Positions 20,804 to 30,700 of a stretch of 64,000 nucleotides of DNA are shown here, one piece after another. The position numbers were made by a program, and so were the translations under genes. Positions within the stretch are counted from its first letter, which is position 1. Every line of letters begins with the position of its first letter. A model generated the notes under the pieces. It did no database searches, had not been told where the DNA came from, and saw only the letters and a program-made list of their open reading frames with translations. Location: positions 3,455,813 to 3,519,812 of the forward strand of contig CBDBIS010000005.1 in NCBI GenBank assembly GCA_965206075.1. Direction: 5' to 3'. This DNA is from Alphaproteobacteria bacterium. GTDB lineage: Bacteria > Pseudomonadota > Alphaproteobacteria > Bin95.

Positions 20804-21982
20804 ATGATCGTTCCGAAACCGCGCCCGGACGAGCCGGCCTGCCTCGCCGGGGCGCGCGCGCTCGGAGAAACGATCCGGGCGCATGGCGACGCCATCGAGC
20901 GCGACCGGCGCCTGCCCGGTGCGCTCATGGACCGTCTGCACGAGGCCCGGCTCGCGCGGATGCTCCTGCCGCGCTCGGTCGGGGGCGACGAGATTGCGCC
21001 CGGCGCCTATCTCGACACGCTGATCGAGCTTGCGCGCCATGACGGCTCGGTCGGCTGGAACATTTTCGTCGCCAACAGCGCCGCACTCCTCGCCGCGTTT
21101 CTTCCCCTCGACGCCGCGCGCGAAATCTATGCCCGTCCCGATGCCCTGGTGTCCTGGGGGCCGCCCGATTCGCAGCAGGCCCGCGCCGCCAAGGGCGGCT
21201 ACCGGGTCAGCGGCGAGTGGGGCTTCGCCTCGGGCTGCCGCCACGCCACCTGGATGGGCGCGCATTGCCAGGTGTTGGAGCCGGATGGCTCCCTGCGTCT
21301 GAACGGCGCCGGCCGGCCCGCCGTCCGCAGCCTGCTGTTCCCCGCCGGCGAGGCGCAACTGCTCGACGACTGGAACCCCATCGGGCTGCGCGGGACCGGG
21401 TCGGAGAGCTACCGCGTCGAGGACGTGTTCGTGCCCGAGCGGTTCAATGCCACGCGGGAGGAGCCGGACAAGCGCCGGGAGCCCGGCCCCCTCTACGCCT
21501 TCACCCAGCAAAGCCTCTATGCGGTCGGCGTGGCCGGGGTCGCGCTCGGCTTGGCCGACGCCATGCTCGATGCGTTCATGGAGCTTGCCCGCGGGAAGAC
21601 GCCGCGCGGCCTCATGCGTCATGCCGAGAATCCCGGGGTCCAGGCGGAGGTCTCGCGCAGCCTCGCGCGCCTCGGTTCGGCCCGGGCGTGGCTGGTGGAG
21701 ATCGTCGATGGCGTTTATGAGGGCGCGTACGACATCGCCTGTATCGACGTGCCCACCCGCGCCCGTGTCAGGCTCGCCTGCAGCCATGCCATCCAGGGCG
21801 CGGTGGAGACGGCCGCCGCTCTCTACCGGCTCGCCGGCGTCGATGCCATTTTCCCCGGCAGCGCGTTCGAGCGGCGCTTTCGCGACATCCACACGCTCTC
21901 CCAGCAGATCCAGTCGCGCCCGCAGCATTTCGAGGCCGCCGGCCATGTCCTCCTCGGCGGCGCGCCCGAGGTGTTCTACTAG
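20804..21982 (+). CDS. Acyl-CoA dehydrogenase-fold flavin monooxygenase (HsaA-like hydroxylase subunit)
   Basis: DGSVGW, SGEWGFASGC, DDWNPIGLRGTGS, FERRFRDIH motifs. Confidence 0.88.
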   Translation: MIVPKPRPDEPACLAGARALGETIRAHGDAIERDRRLPGALMDRLHEARLARMLLPRSVGGDEIAPGAYLDTLIELARHDGSVGWNIFVANSAALLAAFLPLDAAREIYARPDALVSWGPPDSQQARAAKGGYRVSGEWGFASGCRHATWMGAHCQVLEPDGSLRLNGAGRPAVRSLLFPAGEAQLLDDWNPIGLRGTGSESYRVEDVFVPERFNATREEPDKRREPGPLYAFTQQSLYAVGVAGVALGLADAMLDAFMELARGKTPRGLMRHAENPGVQAEVSRSLARLGSARAWLVEIVDGVYEGAYDIACIDVPTRARVRLACSHAIQGAVETAAALYRLAGVDAIFPGSAFERRFRDIHTLSQQIQSRPQHFEAAGHVLLGGAPEVFY

Positions 21983-22032
21983 AAGTTGGTCCCGACAGGC
22001 GTTGTTCGGGGCCGGTTCGGCTCCCGGCGAAA

Positions 22033-22785
22033 TCAGCGCCGGAGTCGCTCGGCAGCGGCGTGCAGCCGGCGTTGCGCGTCCTCGCCGCTCCAGATTTCGA
22101 CCTGGCGCGCGACGCGGGCGGACATCCGGTCCCGCAGGTCCGCGCAGAATTTTCCCAGCCGCATCCGCTTCGACTCGGCGAACGCGGCCGGCGCGAGGTC
22201 GCACAGGGAGAGAAGCTTCTCCCAAGCCATGTCCTCTATCTCGGCCTTCGGGCCCGTTTCGTGGACGAGGCCGAGGGCGCGGCCTTCCTCGGCGTGGATG
22301 AGCCTGCCCGTATAGATCAGGTCCGACGCGGCGAAGTCCCCCGCAACGAACCGCAACAGCCGGTCTCCGAAGTAGGGATTGGGCACGCCCAGCAATATCT
22401 CCGGCTTGCCGATAAGGACGCGCCCGGCTGCGGCGTAGCGGTAATCGCAGGCGAGGAACATGGCCAGCCCGGCGCCGACGGCATGGCCCTTTATCGCACC
22501 GACGACCGGCGTTGGCGCTTCCAGCAGGGCGAGGATGAGCCGCCCCAGCTCGAGAAACACCTCGCGCATCGCCTCGCGCGACTGCGCGAGCCCCCAGTCG
22601 AGATCGAAGCCGTTGGAGAAGAACTTGTCTCCGCCGCAAAGCATCGCGCCGCGCGCGGTGCGGCCGGCTTCCTCGACAGCGTTCGCGAGATCGCGGATGA
22701 CCGTTGTCGTCAGGGTGTTGGCGTCGCCGGCGGCGAGGCGGACCTGCACGCAACCGTCCCGGCGCTGGCAGGAAATACCGGACAA
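22033..22785 (-). CDS. Enoyl-CoA hydratase/isomerase family protein
   Basis: FFSNGFDL, AIKGHAVGAG, ACDYR, PEILLG motifs. Confidence 0.9.
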   Translation of the reverse strand: MSGISCQRRDGCVQVRLAAGDANTLTTTVIRDLANAVEEAGRTARGAMLCGGDKFFSNGFDLDWGLAQSREAMREVFLELGRLILALLEAPTPVVGAIKGHAVGAGLAMFLACDYRYAAAGRVLIGKPEILLGVPNPYFGDRLLRFVAGDFAASDLIYTGRLIHAEEGRALGLVHETGPKAEIEDMAWEKLLSLCDLAPAAFAESKRMRLGKFCADLRDRMSARVARQVEIWSGEDAQRRLHAAAERLRR

Positions 22786-22810
22786 GGCAGGTCTCCCGCC
22801 GGGTCCGGCC

Positions 22811-24106
22811 CTAATGCATCCAGGCGGCCACGGCGCCGGGATTCTGGGCGGCGCGCTCGGCCAGCAGCGCGCGGCGTTCGCGGTCGCGCCCGGCCTGCTT
22901 TGCGGCGGCGATCAGGAGCTGGAAGAAGACATCGCGCTGGGCGTGGCTGCCGCCGAGGCGGAAGAGCTCGTATCGGATCGGCTCCAGCAGCTCGAAGCAG
23001 CGCTCCGGCTCGCCGGCGCCGAAGGCCGCAATAGCCTCGCAGAGCGGCAGGCCGACCTCGTCATAGACGGCATCGGCCGTCGCCTCTCCGTCGCGCCCGG
23101 ACATGGCGTCGAGATGGTCCCGCACGCGGTCGCGGTCGCCGGACATGGCGAGCGCTGCCATGTAATGCGCGTCGAAGAAGGGGAAGATGCCGTCGGAGAA
23201 GCGCCCGGCGGCGTGCCCGGCCAGCTCCTCCCAGCGCCCGCCGGCATCCACGCCCCGGAAGTGCAGGCGGAGCAGCATGGAGGCCGCATTCGCGATATCG
23301 AGCACGTCGTCGCTGCCGGTATCGGCCCTGAAGCGGTTGTCATAGAGGTCGAGTGCCGCATCGGCCTCGTCCAGCGCCAGATGAAACAGCGCCTGGTGCC
23401 ACCACAGATGGTGGCGGAAATTGTGGATCTTGTGTTCCCAGTGCGCCTCGTTCTCGCGGACCCAGGCAATGCCTTCCTGCGGGCGGCCCTGCATCTCCAT
23501 GACATGGGCGACGGAGTGGACCGACCACGCATCCGACGGGTTTATCGCGACCGCCCGGCGGCCGAACTCCTCGGCCCGGGCGTAGTCGCCGACCTCTTCC
23601 AGCCCGAAGGCGCGCATGCCCAGCACATAGCCATAGCCGGGCACGCTCTCGTCCCATGCCGGCAGCACGCGCGCGGTGCTGTCCCGGTGCTGGGCGAGCG
23701 CGCCGTGATAGAAATGCAGATAGTGCGCGAGGCGGATGGCGAGAATGTCGCGCGGGTGGTCCAGCAGGATGTTCTCGAAGCGGCGCGCGGCGCCCGCCGT
23801 GTCGCCGGCGGCCCAGCGCGAGAGGGCGTCGCCGTGGGCGCCTTCCCGCGCCGTTCCCGGAAGCCCGGCCGCCTGCTCGCCGGATTTCGCCGCCCGCGGG
23901 CGGAGCGCGCCCACGCCCATCAGCAGGAAGAAATAGCCCCGGAGCGCATGGGCCATCGGCATGTCGGCATCTGCCTCGAACGCAGCCTTGAGCAGCGGCC
24001 CCGCCTCCCGCCCGAAGGCCAGGAAATCGTCCAGCGCCGCATCCAGCGCGGCCGCTGCCCCGTCGCTGGCTGCGGTCAGTTCCAGACCGCGCTTGTCCTG
24101 AGCCAA
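22811..24106 (-). CDS. TTC38-like tetratricopeptide repeat protein
   Basis: TTG start with GGGAGG RBS; GMRAFGLEE, DAWSVHSVAHVMEM, HLWWH, GGSHAQRDVF motifs. Confidence 0.88.
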   Translation of the reverse strand: MAQDKRGLELTAASDGAAAALDAALDDFLAFGREAGPLLKAAFEADADMPMAHALRGYFFLLMGVGALRPRAAKSGEQAAGLPGTAREGAHGDALSRWAAGDTAGAARRFENILLDHPRDILAIRLAHYLHFYHGALAQHRDSTARVLPAWDESVPGYGYVLGMRAFGLEEVGDYARAEEFGRRAVAINPSDAWSVHSVAHVMEMQGRPQEGIAWVRENEAHWEHKIHNFRHHLWWHQALFHLALDEADAALDLYDNRFRADTGSDDVLDIANAASMLLRLHFRGVDAGGRWEELAGHAAGRFSDGIFPFFDAHYMAALAMSGDRDRVRDHLDAMSGRDGEATADAVYDEVGLPLCEAIAAFGAGEPERCFELLEPIRYELFRLGGSHAQRDVFFQLLIAAAKQAGRDRERRALLAERAAQNPGAVAAWMH

Positions 24107-24243
24107 AGTCAGCCTCCCGAAAATTCTTAGCCGCTGCCGGTCCGTCCGGTTGCAGAGCAGCGTAGAACGGATTTGAAGGACGCGCCAAGATGGGAACGGC
24201 GGCGGCACCCGGACGGCTGCGGGACAATCGGGGAGAGCGCGGG

Positions 24244-25146
24244 ATGGGGAAAGCCTGGGAGATACCGGAACCGGCGGACGTGCTGGAGGTCCGGGGCGCC
24301 GACGGAAGCATCGTCCATGTCCGCCGGCATGGCGTCCCGCATGGGCCGCGCCTGCTCCTGACCCATGGAAACGGCATGGCGGCGGACGCCTATTTCCCGT
24401 TCTGGGGCGGGTTGGCGGACCGGTTCGACATCTTCGTCCACGACCTTCGCAACCACGGGTGGAACCCGGTCGGGAGCCTGGAGGACCACCGGATCGCCAA
24501 CCTGGTCGATGACGGCAGCCGGGTGGTGGAGGCAATCGAAGGGGCGTTCTCAGAGAGACCGCTCATCGGCGTGTTCCACTCCCTCTCGGGACTGCTCGGC
24601 CTCCGGCAGGCCATCGCGGGAGCCATCCGGTTCAGGGCAATCGTGGTGTTCGACCTGCCCGTCGTGCCGCCGGGCCAGACCCGCGACGATATCGAAAGGG
24701 TCGGGCAGCACCTGGGGCGGATGGCGCGCAAACGGCGCAACAGCTACCCGACATATGAGAGCTTCGCGCGGAGGCTGGCCCGCATGCCGGTGTTCAACCG
24801 GCTGCAGGGGAGGGATGTCGATCTGATCGCCCGGACGACGCTCCGGGCACGGGCGGAAGGCGGTTACGAACTCAGATGCCCGCCGGAATACGAAGCGCAG
24901 ATGTTCGAGGAATATTATTCCTGGTCGAGCAGAACGGAGGCGCGGGACGCGCCCTGTCCGGTAAAGGCGATCTCGGCGGACCCGACGATTACCGGCACCT
25001 ATCTTCCCGGAGAGGGGATGGAGGACCTGGTCCATGTGGACTACGATTTCGTGCCGGAAACCTCCCACCTGCACCAGATCGAAGCGCCCAACCGGTGCCG
25101 CCGGGCGATGCTGGAGTTCCTCGACGAAATCGGCTTTCAGGGATGA
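24244..25146 (+). CDS. Alpha/beta hydrolase
   Basis: LLTHGNG, DLRNHG, GVFHSLSG, ETSHL motifs. Confidence 0.85.
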   Translation: MGKAWEIPEPADVLEVRGADGSIVHVRRHGVPHGPRLLLTHGNGMAADAYFPFWGGLADRFDIFVHDLRNHGWNPVGSLEDHRIANLVDDGSRVVEAIEGAFSERPLIGVFHSLSGLLGLRQAIAGAIRFRAIVVFDLPVVPPGQTRDDIERVGQHLGRMARKRRNSYPTYESFARRLARMPVFNRLQGRDVDLIARTTLRARAEGGYELRCPPEYEAQMFEEYYSWSSRTEARDAPCPVKAISADPTITGTYLPGEGMEDLVHVDYDFVPETSHLHQIEAPNRCRRAMLEFLDEIGFQG

Positions 25147-25192
25147 GCACGATCCGTTCGGGTTGAAACAGGCTTGTCCGCAAAGCTTCAAC

Positions 25193-25287
25193 CGTCACCC
25201 CGGACCCCGATCCGGGGTCCATCTCCCGGCCTTCCCACCAGGCCGAAACGGTCATGGATGGGCCCCGGATCGCAGTCCGGGGCGACG
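25193..25287. repeat. Family B REP pair (95 bp) between convergent genes
   Basis: Imperfect IR; spacer is the reverse-complement homolog of 43175-43269. Confidence 0.85.
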
Positions 25288-25331
25288 AGCGGGGCGCAAA
25301 GCCGGCAACTGTCCAACTTGAGCCAGGAGAT

Positions 25332-27374
25332 TCAGGCGGAACGAATCGTGCTCCGGGGATCGGCGAACCGGGCGAATTCATGGCCGGAGTAGCAGGCCGC
25401 CGCGATGAGACCCGGCGCGAGGCAGTCGCCGATCCGCGTCACCGACCGGACGCCGGCGTCTTCCCACTCCTCCCTGCGGGCGGCCAGGTCCTCCCATAAC
25501 CCGTCGTTCGGCAGGCGCGAGGTGACGGCGACCAGCGTGCCGCAGTCGATTTCCCGCGTCTGGCGGGAATACACGCATTCGACCCGCAGCCGGTCCTCCG
25601 TGAACCCGGCAAGCCCGTGCAGCGGCGCGATTTCGACGCCGAGTTCGATCAGCCGTTTCTGGATGCGCTCCTGCTCCAGCGTGTTCTCGGACCAGGGGGC
25701 GACGATGGGAGCCGGCGTCACGAAGATTGTCCGGTGTCCGGCTCCCGCGACCAGTTCCGCAAGGACGCTCGCCATGTAGAACCTGTCATCGTCGAAGATG
25801 ACCACCGGGCCGGGCGCCGTTATCGCGCCGGCGCCGCGCGTCATCAGGTCGTCCGGCGTCAGCACGGGCTTGCCGGCGAGGAAGGGCAGGGGCGTCCTGT
25901 GCTCCCGGCCGGCCCCGTCGGCGCGCCATGCCGCTCCGGTCGCCAGCGCGACATGGGGAATCCCGTAGTCGAGGATGTCTGCGGCCGTGAGCCGGCTCCC
26001 CAGATACATCTGGACATCGGGTCGTTGTCGAAGCTGTCCGAGCCGCCAGTCGCGCACGCGGGCCCAGGCGGCGAGGCCGGGAAGGCGGCTTTCCTGCGTC
26101 ACCCGTCCGCCCCATTCCGTTCCCGCTTCGGCCAGCACGACCTCGGCGCCGCGCTCTGCCAATGCCCGCGCAGCTTCCAGTCCCGCCGGCCCGCCGCCAA
26201 CGACCAGGTAGGGCCCCTTGTCCTCAAGCGGCGGAATGGCCTCGGGATGCCAGCCGCGTCGCCATTCCTCGCCCATCGTGGGGTTTTGCGTGCAGCGGAT
26301 CGGCACCCGCGTCCGGTCTCCCGCAACGCAGATATTGCAGCCGATGCACTCGCGGATATCGTCGATGCGCCCGTCGCGGATCTTGTTCGGCAGGAAGGGG
26401 TCGGAAATCGAGGGCCGCGCCGCGCCGACAAGGTCCAGAACGCCGTTACCGACGACGCGCGCCATGGTGTCGGGCGAGGTGTAGCGGCCCACGCCGACCA
26501 CGGGCTTGTCCGTCATGGATTTCACGAAACCGATATAGGGCTCCTGGAATCCTTCCTCCGAAAAGCGCGATGTCTGGCTGTCATTGGACCAGTCGGACAG
26601 ATTGACGTCCCAGAGGTCCGGTTCGTCGGCGAGCGCCGCCAGAATGTCCCGGCCCTCGCCGTCATGCGCGATCCCGTCTTCGCCGAGAAGCTCATCGACG
26701 GCCAGCCGGATTGCGATCCCGCACTTGTCGCCGACGGCGTCCTTCGTGTCGGCGAGCACTTCGCGGAAGAGCCGCAGGCGGTTCTCGAACGAGCCTCCGT
26801 ATTCGTCCGCGCGGCGGTTGTAGCGCTTCAGCAGGAAGTGCTGGAGAAGCGTCAGGTCGTGGCCGGCATAGACATAGACGATGTCGAAGCCGATATCCCT
26901 CGCCAGCAGCGCCGCCTCGCGGTGCCAGCGGCGGAAATCCGCAATGTCCGCCTTGTCCATGCCGCGCGCCTGCACCGGGTCGTCGCTGTCCACGACGACG
27001 GGAGACGGCGCGAGCGGAGGGACGCGGCTGTAGCGGTTGTTGGCGTGCAGCCCGTTATGCACGAGCTCGACCGCGGCGAGGCTGCCATGCGCGTGGATCG
27101 CCTCCACGGTCAGCCTGAGCGCCGACACCCCGGCCTCGTCCCACAGCCGCGCCTGGTTGGAGGGCGAGACGTCGGAGGTCGCGTGGATTTCCGTCTCCTG
27201 GGTGGAGACGACGCCCCAGCCGCCCTCGGCCTTGATGCCGCGAAGCGCGGCTTCCGCCTCCGGGTAGCGGTGCCCCATGCCGGTGCAGTGCGGCACCTGG
27301 TAGAAGCGGTTGGGCGCGGTCACCGGCCCGATGCGGACAGGCTCGAACAGGATGTCGTACCGGGGGTCCCGCAT
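25332..27374 (-). CDS. Trimethylamine/histamine dehydrogenase-like iron-sulfur flavoprotein
   Basis: PNRFYQVPHC, KAEGGWGVV, VYVYAGH, ECIGCNIC...CTQNP (4Fe-4S), GGGPAGLEAA motifs. Confidence 0.9.
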   Translation of the reverse strand: MRDPRYDILFEPVRIGPVTAPNRFYQVPHCTGMGHRYPEAEAALRGIKAEGGWGVVSTQETEIHATSDVSPSNQARLWDEAGVSALRLTVEAIHAHGSLAAVELVHNGLHANNRYSRVPPLAPSPVVVDSDDPVQARGMDKADIADFRRWHREAALLARDIGFDIVYVYAGHDLTLLQHFLLKRYNRRADEYGGSFENRLRLFREVLADTKDAVGDKCGIAIRLAVDELLGEDGIAHDGEGRDILAALADEPDLWDVNLSDWSNDSQTSRFSEEGFQEPYIGFVKSMTDKPVVGVGRYTSPDTMARVVGNGVLDLVGAARPSISDPFLPNKIRDGRIDDIRECIGCNICVAGDRTRVPIRCTQNPTMGEEWRRGWHPEAIPPLEDKGPYLVVGGGPAGLEAARALAERGAEVVLAEAGTEWGGRVTQESRLPGLAAWARVRDWRLGQLRQRPDVQMYLGSRLTAADILDYGIPHVALATGAAWRADGAGREHRTPLPFLAGKPVLTPDDLMTRGAGAITAPGPVVIFDDDRFYMASVLAELVAGAGHRTIFVTPAPIVAPWSENTLEQERIQKRLIELGVEIAPLHGLAGFTEDRLRVECVYSRQTREIDCGTLVAVTSRLPNDGLWEDLAARREEWEDAGVRSVTRIGDCLAPGLIAAACYSGHEFARFADPRSTIRSA

Positions 27375-27774
27375 GGGCGATGCCTTTCCCGAAATGAGAG
27401 CCGTTGGGAGTTTAGTGGCATATCCGATCCTGTCATGCGGCCGTCACCCCAAGCGCGGTGTAGGAGCTGGAGCCTCCTTCCGTAGATGTGGGCAAGCAGC
27501 CCGTCGCAGCGACCGCCGGTTTGCCGGATCGGACAAGTTTCTCCGAATTGAAGATCGTCCAAACTTAACCTAGGAAGTTCGGTAAAGTAATGATAACGTA
27601 AGCCGCAAATGCAAACCGACTTCCAGTTACACTGGCTATAACGATTACTCATTGATTAGGCTCTTTAGTAAGGAACCGCCGCGAGTATCGGCGAAGTGCG
27701 ATCTACAGATCATATACTCCGCACCGAGTGCCTCATTTGGTGGGCCACGCAGGACCCAATCGAAAGAGGATAAA

Positions 27775-30700
27775 ATGAGAAAAATCCGGACATACTTCAT
27801 TGCGTCGACTATTCTGTGTCTTTCCACGACAGGCGCAATCCCGGTGGCAAAAGCCGAGGGGCCCGAAACCATACCTTTTGGGGCGGTGCAAATAACCGGC
27901 CTTACTACAATCATGGTCGACAATCTCGCACGGGACGTTGTTAATGAAGGAAGTTCCATCACTGTAACCGTACGGCTGGATGAAAATGGAATCCGACGGG
28001 CAAATGACGTTCTGATCGTACCGTTCACAATCGAAGAGACTCTCGCCGAGGGTGCCACACCGTATCAACAGTTTGTCGAACTAAATCACGTCAGAGACGG
28101 CCAATACGACGTGATGATCTTCCCTGGAGAAAATTCGGCATCCCTGACGATACCCACCACAAACACATCGACCTATTACGCCGATGCTAAACTTCGGATA
28201 AAGTTTGGCAAAGACAATGTTTTTACAGGCGGAGGTTACAATGTAGACTGGGATAACAGCCCGGCGGATATAGTCTATCAGTTCCACATCCGGGACAGCC
28301 AACCCCCGCCGACGCCAGAGGTCGAAGTCGATCACAACAAAGTGGTAGACAGCGTTATGGTGAACGGAGTGGCGGTTTCCTCAGGCACTACGCAAACAGT
28401 GACAGAGGGCGAAAATATAGAGTTTAAGGTAATGCTAAAGGAAGCGGCAACCGAAAGAGTGACAATTCCAGTCAGGGTCTGCGAACTTTTCCGAAAAGAC
28501 CACCCTAGTTTCCGTTGGGATGTGGACGACCACTACCCCAATTGTACTGGAATCTTTCCGTCACAATATAGTATAAGTGACTCTCACATGCCTAGCCTTT
28601 CGAATGGGGGAATCTACTACGTACATATAGAACCAAATCAAACTCTCGGTTCGCTAAACTTTCAGACAAGAGACAACAAGCACACTCTTTACGATACTGT
28701 CTTCATATTCAGAACTGCTGCTTCATCTACAGATTCTTTACTGGCAACCACGAATGTCGATTGGGATTCAGGTAATAGCAGTCTTTTGAATTTGCGATCT
28801 GAGAAAATAGTCAGAATCCATGATTCAAAAAGAACGGTAAACCCTGTGGTCGGATTCTGCGCGGACCCACATGGAAACGTTAACAAGAACAGAGTAGAAG
28901 AGGGGTCCGATCTGCGAGTAAACATCTGCATTTCGCACCCTGTCTCTACAATGGAACGGAATTTCAACATAACTGCTATCGTTCCATCTGTTGCTGGCAG
29001 CGCAGCCACAGACACTCAGGCGACCGTACAAGATGCGGACATTACAGATATACGGCACACCGATCGAACGAAGGTAGTAAACTTTGCCAAGAACGATCCA
29101 ATCCGAAAGACCCTAACTATACCCACCGTCGATGACAGGTTCATGGAACGACCGGAAACGTTCAAAGTTGTTCTTAGTACGGACACACCTGACTTGGCCG
29201 AAATACAGAACGATACAAAGCCGTTCACCATAATAGACAACGATAGCTACGCCGATTCGCTCCGTGTCATGGACAGCCGGGGGTCGGGCGGGGATCGCAG
29301 ATACGGTATCGGATCTACCATCCAGATCGAAGTCCAGTTCGAGGGGAGCAAGCAAGGGGCCGGGATCGCCGGGAATCAGGTTCTCAAATTCAACATCGAG
29401 CCAACCGGCAGCAATGACCATCACTACGTCGTGCCAAAGAGCCGGATAACCCGGACCGTCACAGACGGGGTCGAGACCCTTACCGTAAGCGCGGGGCCAC
29501 GATGGGCAACGGCCACGATAACACCCACCGGGGAAACCTATGCAGAGTTTGTCGTCATGGACGATGAGGCATTCGTGGGCAACCGCGCCATACGGTTTCG
29601 AGCGTCGCTAGACGGCAAGCTGAAGAACCGGCTTGCCAGGTTCTATGCCGAGGGCCGTATCAGCTTCGTAGCTGGCGGGGACCTTACTGCGAACGTGCTT
29701 GTCAGAGGTCGTGAGGTGGCGCCCCACGACGGTCAGCGGCGCGTCGGCGTGCATGTCGATCGAACATCTATGGAGGAGGGAAGCACGGTTCCGTTTTATG
29801 TGAGCCGTAACTGGACCGGGAAGGAGTACACTGCCAGGTTTACCATCGAACACCACATAGGCGGCGTCCGCGGCGCCAACTGCAACGACCGGAGCGGCGT
29901 CCTTTGCAAGAAGCAGGGCGGCTTACCCACGGGAATCGATATTCCGTATGCGGTCAGGTTTGGGACTCAGGAGACGGAAAAGGCGGTCAACATCCGTACC
30001 CACGACAATCGAGCTCCCTTCAGTAAAGGGCAGCATGTCACCCTGAAACTCGAGCTGCCACCTACACAGACACCCTCGGTTAAGCTTGGGACTAGATCTG
30101 TGCGCGTTGAGATAGAGGACAACGATGCACAACCTGAACCGCCTGGGGGGTATCGCGCCGAATTGCTAAAGGTCGCTAAAGATTGCACAACAGACGATCC
30201 AAATGCACAAGTCGATGAGAATGGCGACAAGCCGCAAATTCCGTGCGGTCCCGGACCCACCCGGCACAGATGGAAAGAAAGCGTTTATGCTTACCTGTAT
30301 CTAAATGCAGAACCGTCATATGTGTCGTATAGTGAATTTCTATTTGATGGCGCGAGTTTTCAAGAGGTTACCGCTCCGTCTATAGGGCGGTATCAAATTC
30401 CTGCCGTTACCAATGGACACATAAGAGCGGTCGAAAGAATGGATAAAGGAAATAGGGTATGGAAGCTGACGCTTAGAGCCATCGACGCAGAGAAGCCAAT
30501 GACTCTAAGCGTCGGCCCGAAAGATGACGATTGTCCGACTCAACACTCTGAACAAGCGCAAATCTGTTTCGGAGACAGGAAGCTAAGCAATACTCAAACC
30601 CTGACTTGGGGTCGGTTGCAATATTTCACCGTGGACATACCGGATCGCGTTCTGGAGTCCGGTGGGAAAATACCCGTCACCATGAGAAGCGAAGTAACAG

